A DNA stretch of 53,445 nucleotides, counting the filler, from Thelocarpon superellum (lineage: Eukaryota): assembly GCA_026025795.1 (NCBI GenBank). It is 2 parts of 2 records of this genome, joined end to end, with 100 filler letters (N's around TTAATTAATTAA, not from the genome) between each part and the next. Parts side by side here need not be neighbours in the genome. Positions count along the whole stretch, not along the records: positions 1 to 26,725 come from JAPEUG010000255.1; 1 more part is not named here. One strand, given 5' to 3'. The translations under genes were made by a program, and so were the position numbers. Each line of letters opens with the position of its first letter. Position 1 is the stretch's first letter. The notes below the pieces were generated by a model, which was not told the DNA's origin, did no database searches, and saw only the letters and a program-made list of their open reading frames with translations. Positions 1 to 12,838 of this stretch are shown here, piece after piece.

Positions 1-249
1 ATTATATGGGAAACTTCTAAAGCGGCATTTCCCGCTGCGCTCTCCCATGATCAATCACTGCTTATGTCATCTTCCAACGAGTTGAATTCCTCGATAACAT
101 AACATATCATAGTGTCAGGCCACCGCTTACCGCGGTGACGGACACTACCTCAGGCGGTTTGCCAATTTTGACCTTCTGCCTGCATCTGAGTGAAACGGCC
201 TGATTCTTCGACACTCCTATCCTTCTGGGATCGTCAATTCATTGCCTCG

Positions 250-1356
250 ATGGGATTCAAAGCCGCGATCCGGGATGATCAGATTATAATCACGGACGGC
301 CAAGAAATCCTGTCGCAGGAACCTCTTCCGACGTTCGAGGAGCTGATGGAGGACATGATCTATCAAGCTCCTCCGGGCTGGGACTACGTGGAGTCAGTGG
401 TACCGCCGTGCGATCGGCTTCTATCTTGATATCTGACTGAATCATAGACTTGCCGTATCCCGAAACGTGCGATTTAGCTATCCCACAGGTGAAGAAGTGG
501 AAGGACACTGTCACCAGCAGGCACCGGCTACTGAAAGTGATTCAAGTGTGCAAAAGAGACATAAACCTCAGTGTCACGCCGGGCGTCCATTCATTTCGAA
601 GTCAGGAAAGAGGGCATGGGTCAGAAAAAGCTTCATCGCCTCTGTTCACTGGCACGGCTACCGCAACAAAACGCTAGATGAGCTTCATGAGGAATTGCAG
701 TCGGTCAAACGGCAGTGGAGCAGAAGCGAGGAGTACAAAGCGTTGACTCGTCAAGTCAAGCAACTTACAACGAGGCTGCCTATTACCAACGTGGTTGCCT
801 TAGGCATAGGTAGTCTTCATGAGACCTACGAGGACGGAATACCAGTTCGAACCGGACAGCAGCTATTGGCAGTCCTGGAGATCAGAGACATGTTAAGTGG
901 TACGATAATCTGGAGGCCTTGGGCACTAGTATCTCATCTAAATGTTGGTGATAATACGTACTAATTGCATCGATAGAGACGGGGTCACCAGCCTGCGTGA
1001 TACAAGATCCTTCCTACTCGACACTCGAAAAAGACTATTTACGCTCATTGAGCCTCGAAGTGGTCGATGATCCTGATGCCTTCTCTCGTATCAATGCGGA
1101 AACGCTTGTTATCAACGTGAATACCTATTTTGAAACCATCTGGTGGATCGCCGACGGTGTTCGACCTGCCGCTATGGTCACGAACAACTGGACGAATCCG
1201 AGTTCTCCATTTATAGGGCGGTATCCTCAATCTTATACAGATGATGTACGGCGCATGCTACAAGACTACGAGACTGAGCCGTTTTTGGCCCTGGCCAGTC
1301 ACGCTAGTCGGCCGCAAAGTAGCATAGTCCTATATTCATGGAAGCCTGTGCTTTGA
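250..1356 (+). CDS. SRR1-like domain protein (3 exons; start codon uncertain)
   Basis: ORFs 190-429, 467-964 and 997-1356 join through introns 393-447 (GTCAGT..CTGAC..TAG) and 900-976 (GTACGA..CTAAT..TAG). Motifs NVVALGIGSL...QQLLAVLEI and IQDPSYSTLEKDYLRSLSLEVVDDPDAFSRINAETLV match the fungal SRR1-domain pattern. Confidence 0.65.
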
Positions 1357-1393
1357 TCAGAGGACTCCCCAGTTTTCCTAGACTCCTGCTAGC

Positions 1394-1648
1394 TGTGACG
1401 ACGAGGCCTACAGCTAGGCAGAAACAGTAGACATCGTCAATAGGAGTTGACTCTGTGGCTCCTAGGGCTCATGGACCTATGACTAGCCTCCTTGTGTTAC
1501 TCAAGTTGAACACGAGCTCTGCTAGCTCACAGCGGGACTCGGTTTATATACAGCGTGCCAGGTCACATGCTGTATCATGTGATCATCACGTGGCCATCAC
1601 ATGATCACTCCTATCCTTGTGGCGAGGCGTGGAGCTCCCGGCCTCACA
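1394..1648. mobile_element. probable solo LTR of an LTR retrotransposon
   Basis: 255-bp segment bounded by inverted TGTGA...TCACA ends, with a TATA-like TTTATATA (~1543) and a cluster of CACATG/CACGTG boxes (1564-1603). The flanks (CTAGC vs TGAAC) give no target-site duplication. Confidence 0.45.
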
Positions 1649-3952
1649 TGAACTACGCCGGCAGCGTATTCTTAGAATCAGCGTCATCGGATAGAGAAGG
1701 TTGATCTTTCTGTTTCGTCCGCGATTTCGCTCCACAGCGTTCCCACTGCCTATCATTCTTTAATTGTCGCTCCACGGCGAAACCTGTGGGGCCGTGATAG
1801 GACCAAGCCGTAGGCGTGTCGCCAAACCTGAGAGTGAAAGGAGAACCAACAACTTGCTCCAACGGCGCTTGAGAAATAACCGAGACCACCACTTCGGCAA
1901 CGATCGCTAATACTGATGCAACACACTATTTTTCGTAACCGCTGGAGCCGAGTTACTGAGGCTCGGCGACACCCCTACCGCATACGACGTTTCGTCACGC
2001 TACTCTAAACGCGGCGCTTATGCTGTCTCGCTCCTGTCTGCAACTGAGTCTACATGCAGTACTCAAAGATCGAGTCTACCAGAAATGGCAGGCGTTTCGA
2101 GCTTCTCTCGCGGACCTATTTTAGTAGTGGGCGGAGTTGAGGCGCCTCTGCCCAATTTCCCACCGAAGAGTTCGGCTGGCTGACGCGGCGGTACGAAGTA
2201 CAGGCCCGTCTTCGTGGGCCGGTCTACGCAGGACCCCGGACAACGTTCAACCCCGCCTGGTCTGCTACGAGCGAATTCTTCTTGTTCTCTCCTTCTTCCT
2301 CCTGCCATTTCAGCCCAATCTTCTTGCGCGCTAGCCTTCGAAGAGGCCGTTGGTAATTCAGCATGTCGTCGACAGATCCTCCTCCCGGTGAAGTTGCTGC
2401 ATGGCATCTCGCTTCAGTATTGGAGCTGGGATGTACACCTGAGGTTGCTGACGAGAGCATATCCGTCTCGGGCATCACTCACGCTGTGGCAATTGTGACC
2501 AACGAAGAGATTCACGCCATGGGACAATCGGCTGGACTGGCGCCCGATGTGAACGTCCTTTATGTTGTCTGGGATGCCATCGCCATTGCATTGTCCAAGT
2601 CGTTACTCAACGGCCAGGTCCCGTTCCGGGTCAATTGGCGAGGTTCGACCAGCACAGGACGAAGAAGGTATGTATAGGATTTGTTGTCGTCGGAATGCCT
2701 CGATACCGCACAAAGTCGAGACAATACATCCTCCACCCGCTTCAAACTCCAGTTTCAATCCTTCTTTGCCAAATCCGCCAAGTTCCTTTCGTACGCCATT
2801 GGGTTCACCTGATACATTCACTCACATCGTCCCGCAGATACCTTGTCTGCGAGCGAGTCGGATTTGCCCCGGTCGATCGTGCAAGGCTGTCCATCATAGA
2901 AGTCCACGTGGGAGAGCAGCAAGGTGGGGGGAAATACCAATGTCGCTGGAAACCTGCGCGACCAGCGGTCGTCAATCGCGTTCGGGATTGTAGGGCTCGG
3001 TCTTCCGATCGTGCGACCAGCTGTCCGGGGATCGCTAACGTTCTCTCAGTTGTCCAGGATGAATGCGAGCATGTTGACTATTGGGCAAAGTTCAAATCTG
3101 GCGTGCAACCGGATCGTCTAACGATGATTACTTATTTCGAGAAAGGTGACAATTCTGACCTTGTCATTTTGGTCTACGCTCCGTTGGTTTCGCTGATTCT
3201 GTCATAGCACTCCAGCTTGCCCTCACCACTGGCTTTGACCCTTCTCGACCAAAGCCAAAGTATGCTAGTCGGAAGAAAGATCCAGGAGTCTACAGACTCT
3301 TCAACGAAGGTAAGCGGAGACGCAGTACGTCTCGTTCATGCAAGCTTTCGCTCACAGTTCGGTAGGTTTCTTGTATCGCCCAAGTAACTGCTCAGAGGAG
3401 GAGGAGGATGAGATATACAACCGCTTTCGTGCCCTACTGTAAGTACATTGCTCTCATCATGATGATAGTCGGTTCGGGGGTCTGACGCGTACTGCAGTGA
3501 ACAAAAGGCTTCCAAATGGGACGCTCCCATTGGGAAAGATACCGCGCTCGACGGCGAAGGCTAAGCGGTCAAGGCCAACAGAATATGGAGCGCTCATCCG
3601 GCACCGCCTGTGGAAGCATCTCAGGTTGAGAAGAAGGTGTGCTGTAAGGCTTGAGAGATATACTGCATATTACCACAATCTTGTTCCCACCATATGAACG
3701 GACGACGTTTCTCCTGGCAGGTACTCCCAATGTCTATGGTGATTGCCCTCGGCTGCTCGTGGAAAACCAGCGGCCACGTTCCCTGGACTGATGTCCCGGT
3801 CAACCGGTGAGTCGCCTGGGTCGCCCATCACTCCCAGCTAGAGCGGCGACGCCCGGGTGAGGCAAGAGCGAGGGCGTCGTAGGTCTTTCAACCATCTAAC
3901 TACGTACATACATCTGTATGCCACCACTCGTCTCGTTGATGCTGCAACATGC

Positions 3953-5310
3953 TCAAACAGCAGTCATCCCTGGCATCGAACCCGGCATGACGTGTCTCGA
4001 AGGTGAAGAGAAAGGTGACGGGTCGTCAGGCCTCCTCTCGGCATCATGGGTATGACTCTGTGCTCGTCGTCGCAGACCGCCGGTTTCAGTGTGCGCTGGC
4101 GGTGATGCGGCTTCCGTGCGTGGCTCTGCGCTGGCCGCATCCAAGCCTTCATCTGCTCCGTCCACCCCACCTGCACCGGAGACATCCCTCCCCTCGTCCA
4201 ACTCCGCCTCCACATCCACCTCGCCACCCCGCGTGTTCTTCCGCCGCGGCCACAGGCTAGGCAGGGCGATCTGCTGGAAGCGAGGCTCGACGCAGCGGTC
4301 GTCGAACCAAGCATGAAGCCGGGCCTCGACCAGCTGCGTGATCTTCGGCACGTCTTGCAGTCGGCTGCGCGAGCCGACCAAAGACCGGATTGATAGATCT
4401 AGTCTGTAGTCGTCGAGAAAGGAGAAGGCGAGGGTGGTGGGCGACGGGCCGTCTTTCGGTAAGGAGGGGATGAAGGAGATGGACAGCTATTGCGTGTCAG
4501 CGGTGGTGTAGGTAGAGCGAAAGCCGGAGAAGGGCTGGATGTCTGAGGTGGACTCACCGTCCCGCTGAAGCGCACCACCGACACGGTCAATGCCACGGGC
4601 AAGATGGCCACCATGGGTTGGGGGTGGTTGAGGATGAGCTTCGTCTCGATGCCGATGGTCAGAAGGTCGCCGAGGTCCACGTCCATACGGGCCTCGAGCC
4701 GTCCGCCCTCTGTTCGCCCCGCCGATGCCCCCGTCGAGCCATCGCCCCCCTCGACATCGTCGCCCACGGGCCCCACGCGGCAGTTGCTGAAGATGGGGAA
4801 CTCCTCGCCGAGACTGAGCTCCGTGACGCGAATCTCATCGACATAATCCGGCTTCGAGTCGCCGTTCAGCGCGCGCGTGAGGCTGGTCAGGACGGCGTCG
4901 TCGTGTTGCGCCTCGCTCCGCAGCTGCGCGATCGTCTGGGCCACCAGCACGTTGAACCAGTCCACGCTCTCGGGCGGGTGGGCGTCGACATTGTAGTAGG
5001 TCTTGCGCAGGATGGTGGCCGTCGTCAGGGGCACCGCGTTGCGGAGGATGCTGCTTCCCTTGCGTCGCAGCGACCGCTGCTTGCGGGAGGAGGACGAGGA
5101 CGAGATCGAGGCCGAGGCCGAGGCCGAGGCTGATCGTGACCGTCGGTGCGCGAGCGTGCGTTCGCGACGGGCAGTGGCGCGTGCGGTCGCGGTGCTGTCG
5201 GCCGACGGGAGGTCGCCGAAGATGAAGAATTTGATAAAGGCCCCGATCAAGACGACAATCGACAGCTGCCCGAGCAGGAAGCCTTGGGTGAAGGAGAGGT
5301 TGTACAGCAT
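3953..5310 (-). CDS. MMM1: ERMES subunit Mmm1 (SMP domain)
   Basis: [27 protein letters not shown] transmembrane segment, [33 protein letters not shown] and [15 protein letters not shown]...[16 protein letters not shown]. Intron 4487-4557 (GTGAGT..CTGAC..TAG). The N-terminus is uncertain. Confidence 0.95.
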
Positions 5311-5982
5311 CGAGTGCGGCCGTGGAGGCAAGGCTCCCTCACCGATGAAGATGATGGGCACGGCGTGGGAGGGTCATGGTTCCCGGCTACACCATGCTAC
5401 CATGACCCGAAGATAGTGGTGCTTGATTCATCACGTCCATCTCGTCGCGTTACCATCGAATCCGATCTTACGCCTTTCGTCGTCGTCCGTGGCGATCGTC
5501 GCGTCGGGCGATTGATAGTCACGTTCGCGTGTCCAATCAACCCCCGGATCATTTTGATGGCACGGTGCGAGCCTGCCCCAACATCTCTGTGATCCTACGA
5601 AGAGGACCGTCATCCTCGTACCGTTCGTTCATCGGTAATCGATAGCCAGAGATTTCGTGCTACAGATCTGACGACACGTCGTGCCTTACCGGAACGACCT
5701 ACCGGCCACATTCGCAGAGGGATAGAGAATAGATGCAAGGGATGAGAAGAGGAGGAAGTGAAGAAGAGACGGCCGACTGGACACGAAAACAGACCCGAGA
5801 TGCTCGTCAGGAAGATGGGCAGAGGGGTCCGCGGTGCGGTTGGTGGGATCCTGTCCGCCCACCACGCTACCCCGTCATCTATCGTCTCTATGGAACGCCG
5901 CGATTCGCCTAAGACCGCGGAGCCGGGAGGACGACCGGCTCCGCACGAAGGGGGAGGAGCAGAGCGCAGGCACAGCCAGGTC

Positions 5983-7315
5983 TCACGACTTCAGGCCGTC
6001 GCGCACGCTCTGGCTGCTGGCGCTCATGGGCGCGTTGGTCGTGGGCAAGCTCACGCTCTTGGCCTTGGCCGACTGCTTGACCTTGGCCAAGGCGTACACG
6101 ATGCCACTGACGAAGCCCACGAAGATGGCCGAGACGCTGGGGAAGGTGACGGGCGCATCGAAGAAGATCAGCCCGCTGACGGCGATGGGCAGCTTGTTGA
6201 GCGCGCCCACCATCGAGTACGTCGTCGACGACGTCACCCGCACACACCACGCCGACGTATACGAGATGAAGACGGACGACAGACCGGAGAAGACCATGGC
6301 GAGGATGAGGTTGTTTCGCTCGGCGGGGGGGAAGTTGCGCGAGATGTTGTCGCTCGACCAGTCCTCGAGCAACACTGAGCACACCAGCAGGATGGGGATG
6401 GACAGCAGATTGTTGTAGAACATGGCTGCTCGCGGTCAGCATGGCTCATCCAGACCCTCGGCCTCATCGCGGCGCTCACTGTCAAAGTCCTTGAAGTTGG
6501 TGAGCTTGATGCGCTTGCGCATCCCGAGCACGTAGGTGGCGCTGCAGATGCAGTTGAACATCATCCACACGTATCCCGCGTTGAGCGTCGAGATCTTGGC
6601 CGAGGCCTCGGTGCTCAGGTGCCCATAGCTCTGCAGCGCGTGCTGGATGTCGGCCCACGCCGCGATGACCGAGCTCATCACCATCAGACCGAAGGAGAAG
6701 AGGGCCATGCCCGTCACCGACCCGCCGAACCACAGCACCTCGCCGTACGCGATCAAGATGATCGTCAGGTTCTTGAAGATGGTGTACACGGGAATCGACA
6801 GGAATTGAAGCGCTTTGGTGCTGGTGTAGATCATGCCGATTAACAGCACCGAAATGGGAAACCCTGCCTCGGCCTGCATCAGCATGCACGTCGACTTCGA
6901 CGTCGACGTCAGCCTCGCCGGGGGGAGGCGACTCACATTTCTTGGCTTCGTCGGAATTAAAGTCACGATAGTTGATAACCCCCGCGCTTTTGCAGGCCTG
7001 AATCGCCATGACGCACACGACCGACTACGCCGGTTAGCCCGCAGTGCACGGCCGAGATAGTGGCCTACATACCTGCACACAGAGGAGGAAGAAGTTGAGG
7101 TTAAAGTCGTGGCCCGACAAGACATATTTGTTGGTCACGGTCATCAGGATGGATGAGCCACAATAGCTCAGCACGGGCAGAATTGGATTGTTGGCCACCG
7201 CGGCCACCGGGGCGTTGGCCGATCGCGGCGGCGGCGTGGGCTCCGACGCCCATTCCTTGTCCTTGCGCTCGCCCATCTCGATGGTATAATCATCGGTCTT
7301 CTTATCGTCGGCCAT
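5983..7315 (-). CDS. VRG4: Golgi GDP-mannose transporter
   Basis: [38 protein letters not shown] and the [16 protein letters not shown] (GALNK) motif. Introns 7025-7072, 6864-6936 and 6426-6479. Confidence 0.96.
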
Positions 7316-7357
7316 GATGGTGATGGTGATGGTGATGGTGATGGTGATGGTGATGGT
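7316..7357. repeat. (CCATCA)7 microsatellite directly upstream of the VRG4 ATG
   Basis: Tandem TGATGG on the + strand, abutting the start codon at 7315. Confidence 0.9.
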
Positions 7358-8121
7358 GGGCCCGGTCGGCGGTGCGGTGGTCGTGGCGGTGGGATCGTGA
7401 TGGGGTTAGGGAGATTCACGTCGTGACCGGCACCGTGGCCGTAGCGCTCGCTGACCCCCGGTAAAAAAGGTTCCGAGAAAAGGAGATGAGGGTGATACCA
7501 GTCGCGACGAGACCGAATCCGAAGAACGTGCCGGGGCGGTCCGTCGCAGCGCACCACGTTGATCAGCCCCAGAAGTCAGAGACGCTCAAAGGACTCGGCG
7601 GTGGAAGAAGAATCCGCGCAGGATCAAGATTGAGTGCCAGACGTCGTGGAAGGGTGTAGCCGGAGGTTGGACATCCTCGCTTTAGGCCTGTTTGATTAGG
7701 CCGGTGCCTCTCTGGACCCGGACGTTGACAGTCGAGGGCGAATCACGTTGGTGGCACGCACACCACGACAGGCTCGGACGCGTACCCGTCCCAGTGGCTA
7801 ATTGCCCACCTTACGGGTAAGGCACCTCACACGCTCGCTGAATCTTACGCCTGCCCGTACGGGTACGAGCACTCGTACCAGAACCTCCCACACAGCTTTT
7901 CGCCAGCTGCCAAGAATCGTGGGCTCGGCGAACCGACTCGTGCCCCTCCCAGGCCGATCCCAAATTAGCAACCAATCCTATGGTACGTGCTCGGTAGTCC
8001 GCCGTTCACAGCTTGTCGTCCCATCCCTCTTCCGGCGCCAGGCCCTACCTGACGACCGTTGTGACTTTCGGTGGCGAGCTGGTCGACGACGCCGAGCGTT
8101 CATCGACATGGGCTGACCAAC

Positions 8122-8824
8122 ATGTCTCAGCTCGATCCTACCGTGGCCAGTGTGGTCGATGCCCATGCCCAGGCCATCGCGCAGGACCAAGAAGACGCAG
8201 ACGCCCTCCTCTCCACACTCGAGGATGACGATCCGGCCTTCGCCGTCTTTCGCGAACAACGACTGCAACAGCTGCAGACAGAGCTCGCACGCGCCAAACG
8301 GCAGCGCGATGAGGGATACGGCTCCTATGTCGAGGTCAAGGAGGAAAAGGGCTTGATGGACATGACCACCGAGTCCAAGTGGGTCGTCGTGCATTTCTTC
8401 AAGCCCGACTTTGGTCGCTGCGGCGTCATGGACGCGCACCTCGAGGTGGGCCTCGGCTCGACCACAGTCACCGTCTCCTCGCACCCACGCTGACGACCAT
8501 CTCCCGCAGGAGCTAGCCGTGAGACATGTCGACACGAGATTCTTGAGGATCAACGTCGAGAATGCCCCCTTCCTCGTCACGAAGCTGAAGGTGCAGGTGC
8601 TCCCGTGCGTGCTGCCCTTTGTTCAAGGCATCTCCACCGACCGTATTGTTGGATTTGAGGGTCTTGGGGCCGGTGATGACTTTGCTACCAAGGACCTGGA
8701 AGCCAGATTGCTACAAGCCGGCGTGCTGAACCGAGCGACGACGACGCCGGGTGCTAACCCCAGCACGTCAAAGTACGCCCATGCCCGGACCGAAGACGAC
8801 GATGACGACGATGACTGGGACTAA
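8122..8824 (+). CDS. PLP1: phosducin-like / thioredoxin-fold protein (Plp1/TXNDC9 type)
   Basis: FREQRLQQL, VVVHFFKPDFGRCGVMDAHLE, HVDTRFLRINVENAPFLVTKLKVQVLPCV and DRIVGFEGLG. Intron 8446-8509; acidic C-terminal tail. Confidence 0.85.
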
Positions 8825-9841
8825 CGATCCTCTCGCATGCTCGCGGCGTTCGACATCTTGTGCGGTGTGGAAGCATATCTCTGTACTATCCATAGCATTC
8901 AAGTCTGGTTGGCCAAGGTGTTCTTGATCACGACGTGGGCGGGATTGGATGTGAGTGAATGAGGATGAGGCTATCTGAACTCGCGTACCATGAAATCTCT
9001 CGGAAAGCTACCCTTCGGCATATGCACTGCCATTCCACCTCTTTCTTCACGCAGGACAGCTAGCTCGGTGGAGAACAACCTACAGAGAAAGCCATCCTGT
9101 CGGTTGTGCCTTTTGCCACGATTCCTCGTCTCCAGTTCGAGTCCCAGCACTACCCATTCTTGGAATTCAAAGTGACTACAGCATCACATTGCGAATAATC
9201 TGTAGGGTGCTTTCATGGGATCCTTGGAGGACCTGATCTAAAATCTCCATCAAGTAACCAGGCTGGAGCAGCTGTTGTTCTCGCTTGTCGGCAAAGTCAA
9301 GACAGTCATACTACAGCCTGGAGCAGCGGGGGCAGCACTGGGCTGGGCCTGCAACTGACGGCCGTCAAGTTGTAGTTGTTACCCTTCGTGCTCTAACACA
9401 CGTACAAGAGGCCGGGATGCGGAGTAGATTTTGGGGGCGAGCATCGATGAAGTTGAGTATCTGAGCATGTGGGATCGGGGACAAGGGACAAGGACGGCAC
9501 AGGGGACGTGGCAGGGATCTGTGCCATTCACCCGCCATACATTTGTGACGAGGCGTGGAGCTATGAGCTCATCCAGATTCGGATAGCTACGATGCATCCA
9601 AGACATCGTCGACGTGACCCCCCAAGTCGAAGTTCGACCACTCGGCTCGGGGCTGCACATAACCGTCTATCGTCTAGATTACTTCCTGTCACGATCTGGT
9701 TGACCTTCCTCCCCCTAAACTGCCCGAGCTCCCCACGAGGCTGGTGGCCGCCGGCAACTCCGACGACGACCGACTCCATGGCCTGGCTCCCGTGACAGTG
9801 CAGTCCCCAAACTCCTGTCCTTCCATCGCATCGCCGCCAAG

Positions 9842-12576
9842 ATGAACCCCGAACCGTCCGACGCCGACGTGGAGTCCCTCGTCACCATGGGCATCTGTGC
9901 CAATCGGAAGGACGCCATTCTGAAGCTGAGGGTATCTTCACGATTCAGGCCCAGTGCAGCGAGAGACGTGCTGATGCGTTCATCCCCAGGCGAATGGAAA
10001 CGACATCCAACGCACGATCGAGGCCATTTTCGAGAATCCGTCGGGCGGATCGACGGGTGATCAGGTCAGACATCTGCAGCATACGTTGCGACCGAAACGT
10101 ATGACCGCTGGCTGATAACGTACCGCAGGCCGATACCGAGCGGGACAGAAGCTGGGACGAGAGCCACTTTCATACGGACAAGACACAATATCCCAACCAA
10201 AACGTGCCTTGTGAGTCGTCTCGAGAAGCTCAGAGGGGACGGGGTTGACCGAATCGGACACAGCCTTCAACATCCACCCGTCGGATGACCTCTCAGACAC
10301 TCTCCAACCCAATGTATTTGGGGCGCCGTCACGACCACCGTCGCGGGTCAACGACCGCGAGACGATCGATCTCACCCAGGCTCATGCTGCGGGTACGTGA
10401 CGAGATAGCGGTGTGCGAAACATTGTTGACCAATCTGCAGCGGATCCCAGCAAAAGCAGGAGCTTTGAGGACCGCGAGGATGAGGACCTACGGAAAGCCA
10501 TGGCACTATCCATGAGCGACCAGCACCCGCAGGAGAGCGGCGTGACCAACGCTTCCGGCTCGCATTTTGGCCCGGCCAGTCAAGATCACTATGACACGAG
10601 CAAGTGGTCCTTGACCGCCACGCGAGCGACGGCCCATGAGATTGTCTTGGATCCCGAACCGGCCGACCGTCGACGCCACGGCGACGAACCGGCGGTCTTG
10701 ATTCCGTCTCCCTCGGCTCCCTACCTTGCCTCTCTCCTCACCATCCTGCATGCCATTCCGCGAGCGAGAGAGGTACTGCTTGGTCGCGAGGCACTCCTCG
10801 GCGATTATGGGCGCGACAAAGAATGGTGGAAGGGGACCGCGGTCAAGGTGCCACGTGTGGTCGACGTCGCAACGCATCCTTCGGCGCTGGCGCAGGGTGA
10901 GATCCTCCACGAGACCCAGCGACTCATGGCCTTTCTCGATCGGACCTTACGTTCGTACGGCAGCGTTGACGTCTTGAGCGGCCTGATTCCGGACCGCACC
11001 CATACCATGGAAACGACGGTAGGCGACTTCTTCGATGGCTTGCAAGGAGACCTTGGCCTCAAAGACTCGAACTCCCCGTCCGCGGTCTTTTTCAAGTCCC
11101 GAGGTGTCAAGGTGTCGACCGTCACCGGCGACAAAGTGGGACAATCGAGCACCAGCGTGCTTGAGCTACATATCGATAACGAGATGGCGGAGTCGAACGC
11201 GACGCTGTACGAAGCTCTGGACGACATGATCTGGGATGGGATGGCGGGCGATGACGAGATGGAAGCGTATCTGGACAAGGTCGCCGACGTCTTTGTCATC
11301 GCCGTAAGTCGATTCGATACAAGTCGGCCCAGTCGTGGTATTCAGATGCCCGCCGTCTGGTACCCTGATCGATATCTCGAGCAATCAAAGCATCTGGCGG
11401 CCGAGATGCGGTTCAAGAAAGCGGCTATCTTGACGCAGGTGGAGGAAATGACCAAGATGGAGGCCCACATCGTCAGCTATCGATCAGGACCCAACAAAGC
11501 AGCGGTCGATCCGCGGGACCTGTTACGGGCCGCCATTGCACATTTCGAGAGTGGAACTAGCCGGATGAATGGGGTGCATGACGAGGCGGAGGCCATGAGC
11601 GGGCAGGAGCGAGCGCGTTTGGCGACGACCGAACAGTTACAGGCCACGCTGGATAGTGTGATGGAGAAGCTGAGGAGTGAGGGCGCCGATGTGACCACGG
11701 AGGCGGAGCTGATATCGGCCACAGTACTTCAAGAGCGGAAAGAACAAGCACGGGAGAGTTTGCGAGAACTGTCGGCTCTACTGACCAAACCATCTCCCCA
11801 TCCTGCTCTCAATCCGCAACATCGATACACCCTTCGAGGAGTCGGTACAGATCCACACATCACCTACGTCTTATATCCGGCATCGGAGTCGACCGGGACA
11901 TCTGGCAGGGCAGTACAGGAATATCAGTGGTGGAGATTGAGCTACTCGGCAACGGACTCGACGCCGGTGACGAAGGTGGTAAGCAAACGCAATCCGAAAG
12001 AGATGGAAGGTGCTGATGATGGGTAGAAAGTGGACGAGGATCTAGTCCTTCAGGCGGCCACGCAAGAAGGACGAGCTTGTCTGTTGGTGTACGCCAGCGA
12101 CAAAGCAATGGACGAGAGAAACAGCTACGCCTTGCCAGAGGCGCTACAAGTGCGACCTCTCCTTTCCCTACGCTGCTCTACCACCACTAACGAGCCAGAC
12201 CTTTGTACAAACCGACAACGCCGCTTTCCGAGCCGAGCTGTCAGGGGCCACGGCAGCTGGTATGGAGGCAGAGGACGGGGTGCCCTCATACAGCGGCGGC
12301 AGGAAGACGCAGGAATCACCGAGGCGCATGGCCTCAGAGGCGTCATCTCCATCGTCGACACAGATGAACCATTCGCCACTTCGGTCTAATCTACCTCGTC
12401 GGTCGTCTTCGCCACCTTCTCCTACCAGCGACACCGACCATGGGATGAAAGAGATGACGGAGCGGGCGGGAGGTGTTGTCCAGGGCAGTCTGATGGCTGC
12501 TGCGATGGGAGGGAAGGTTGTCGGTGATGGAAGTGGGAGTGGAAAGGATAGCGCGATGGAGGACGTAGCGGAGTGA
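9842..12576 (+). CDS. UBA-like + ubiquitin-interacting-motif protein (Rup1-like), multi-exon
   Basis: N-terminal UBA-like segment (SLVTMGICANRKDAILKLR|ANGNDIQRTIEAIF), UIM EDEDLRKAMALSMS, YLASLLTILHAIPRARE and YTLRGV...WWRLSY. About seven short GT..AG introns with branch sites join ORFs 9842, 10413, 12030 and 12262. Confidence 0.75.
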
Positions 12577-12838
12577 TGCCTTGTACTGTCTGAACACATG
12601 AATGGGTATCCAAGGTACTCATTTTGGACATGGTTATGGCATGAATATATGACTACATGACTTTGATCCGTTGTCGTGCACTCACGTATACTCTGGACGT
12701 TGGGGACGAAGAGCGAAGAGCGGAACAGACAAAGAGAGGGGTGGAACAACAAACCTATGGAGAAGAGGGGTATAGATACACCACATGCATATGCACAAAG
12801 ACAGAGAGGCACAGACGCCGAACCCAGGATTTCTTTCT

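Noticed and set aside
8970..9310. Lower-GC patch between PLP1 and the UBA/UIM gene as a small gene
   Set aside because: Only short, interrupted frames with no recognisable homology.
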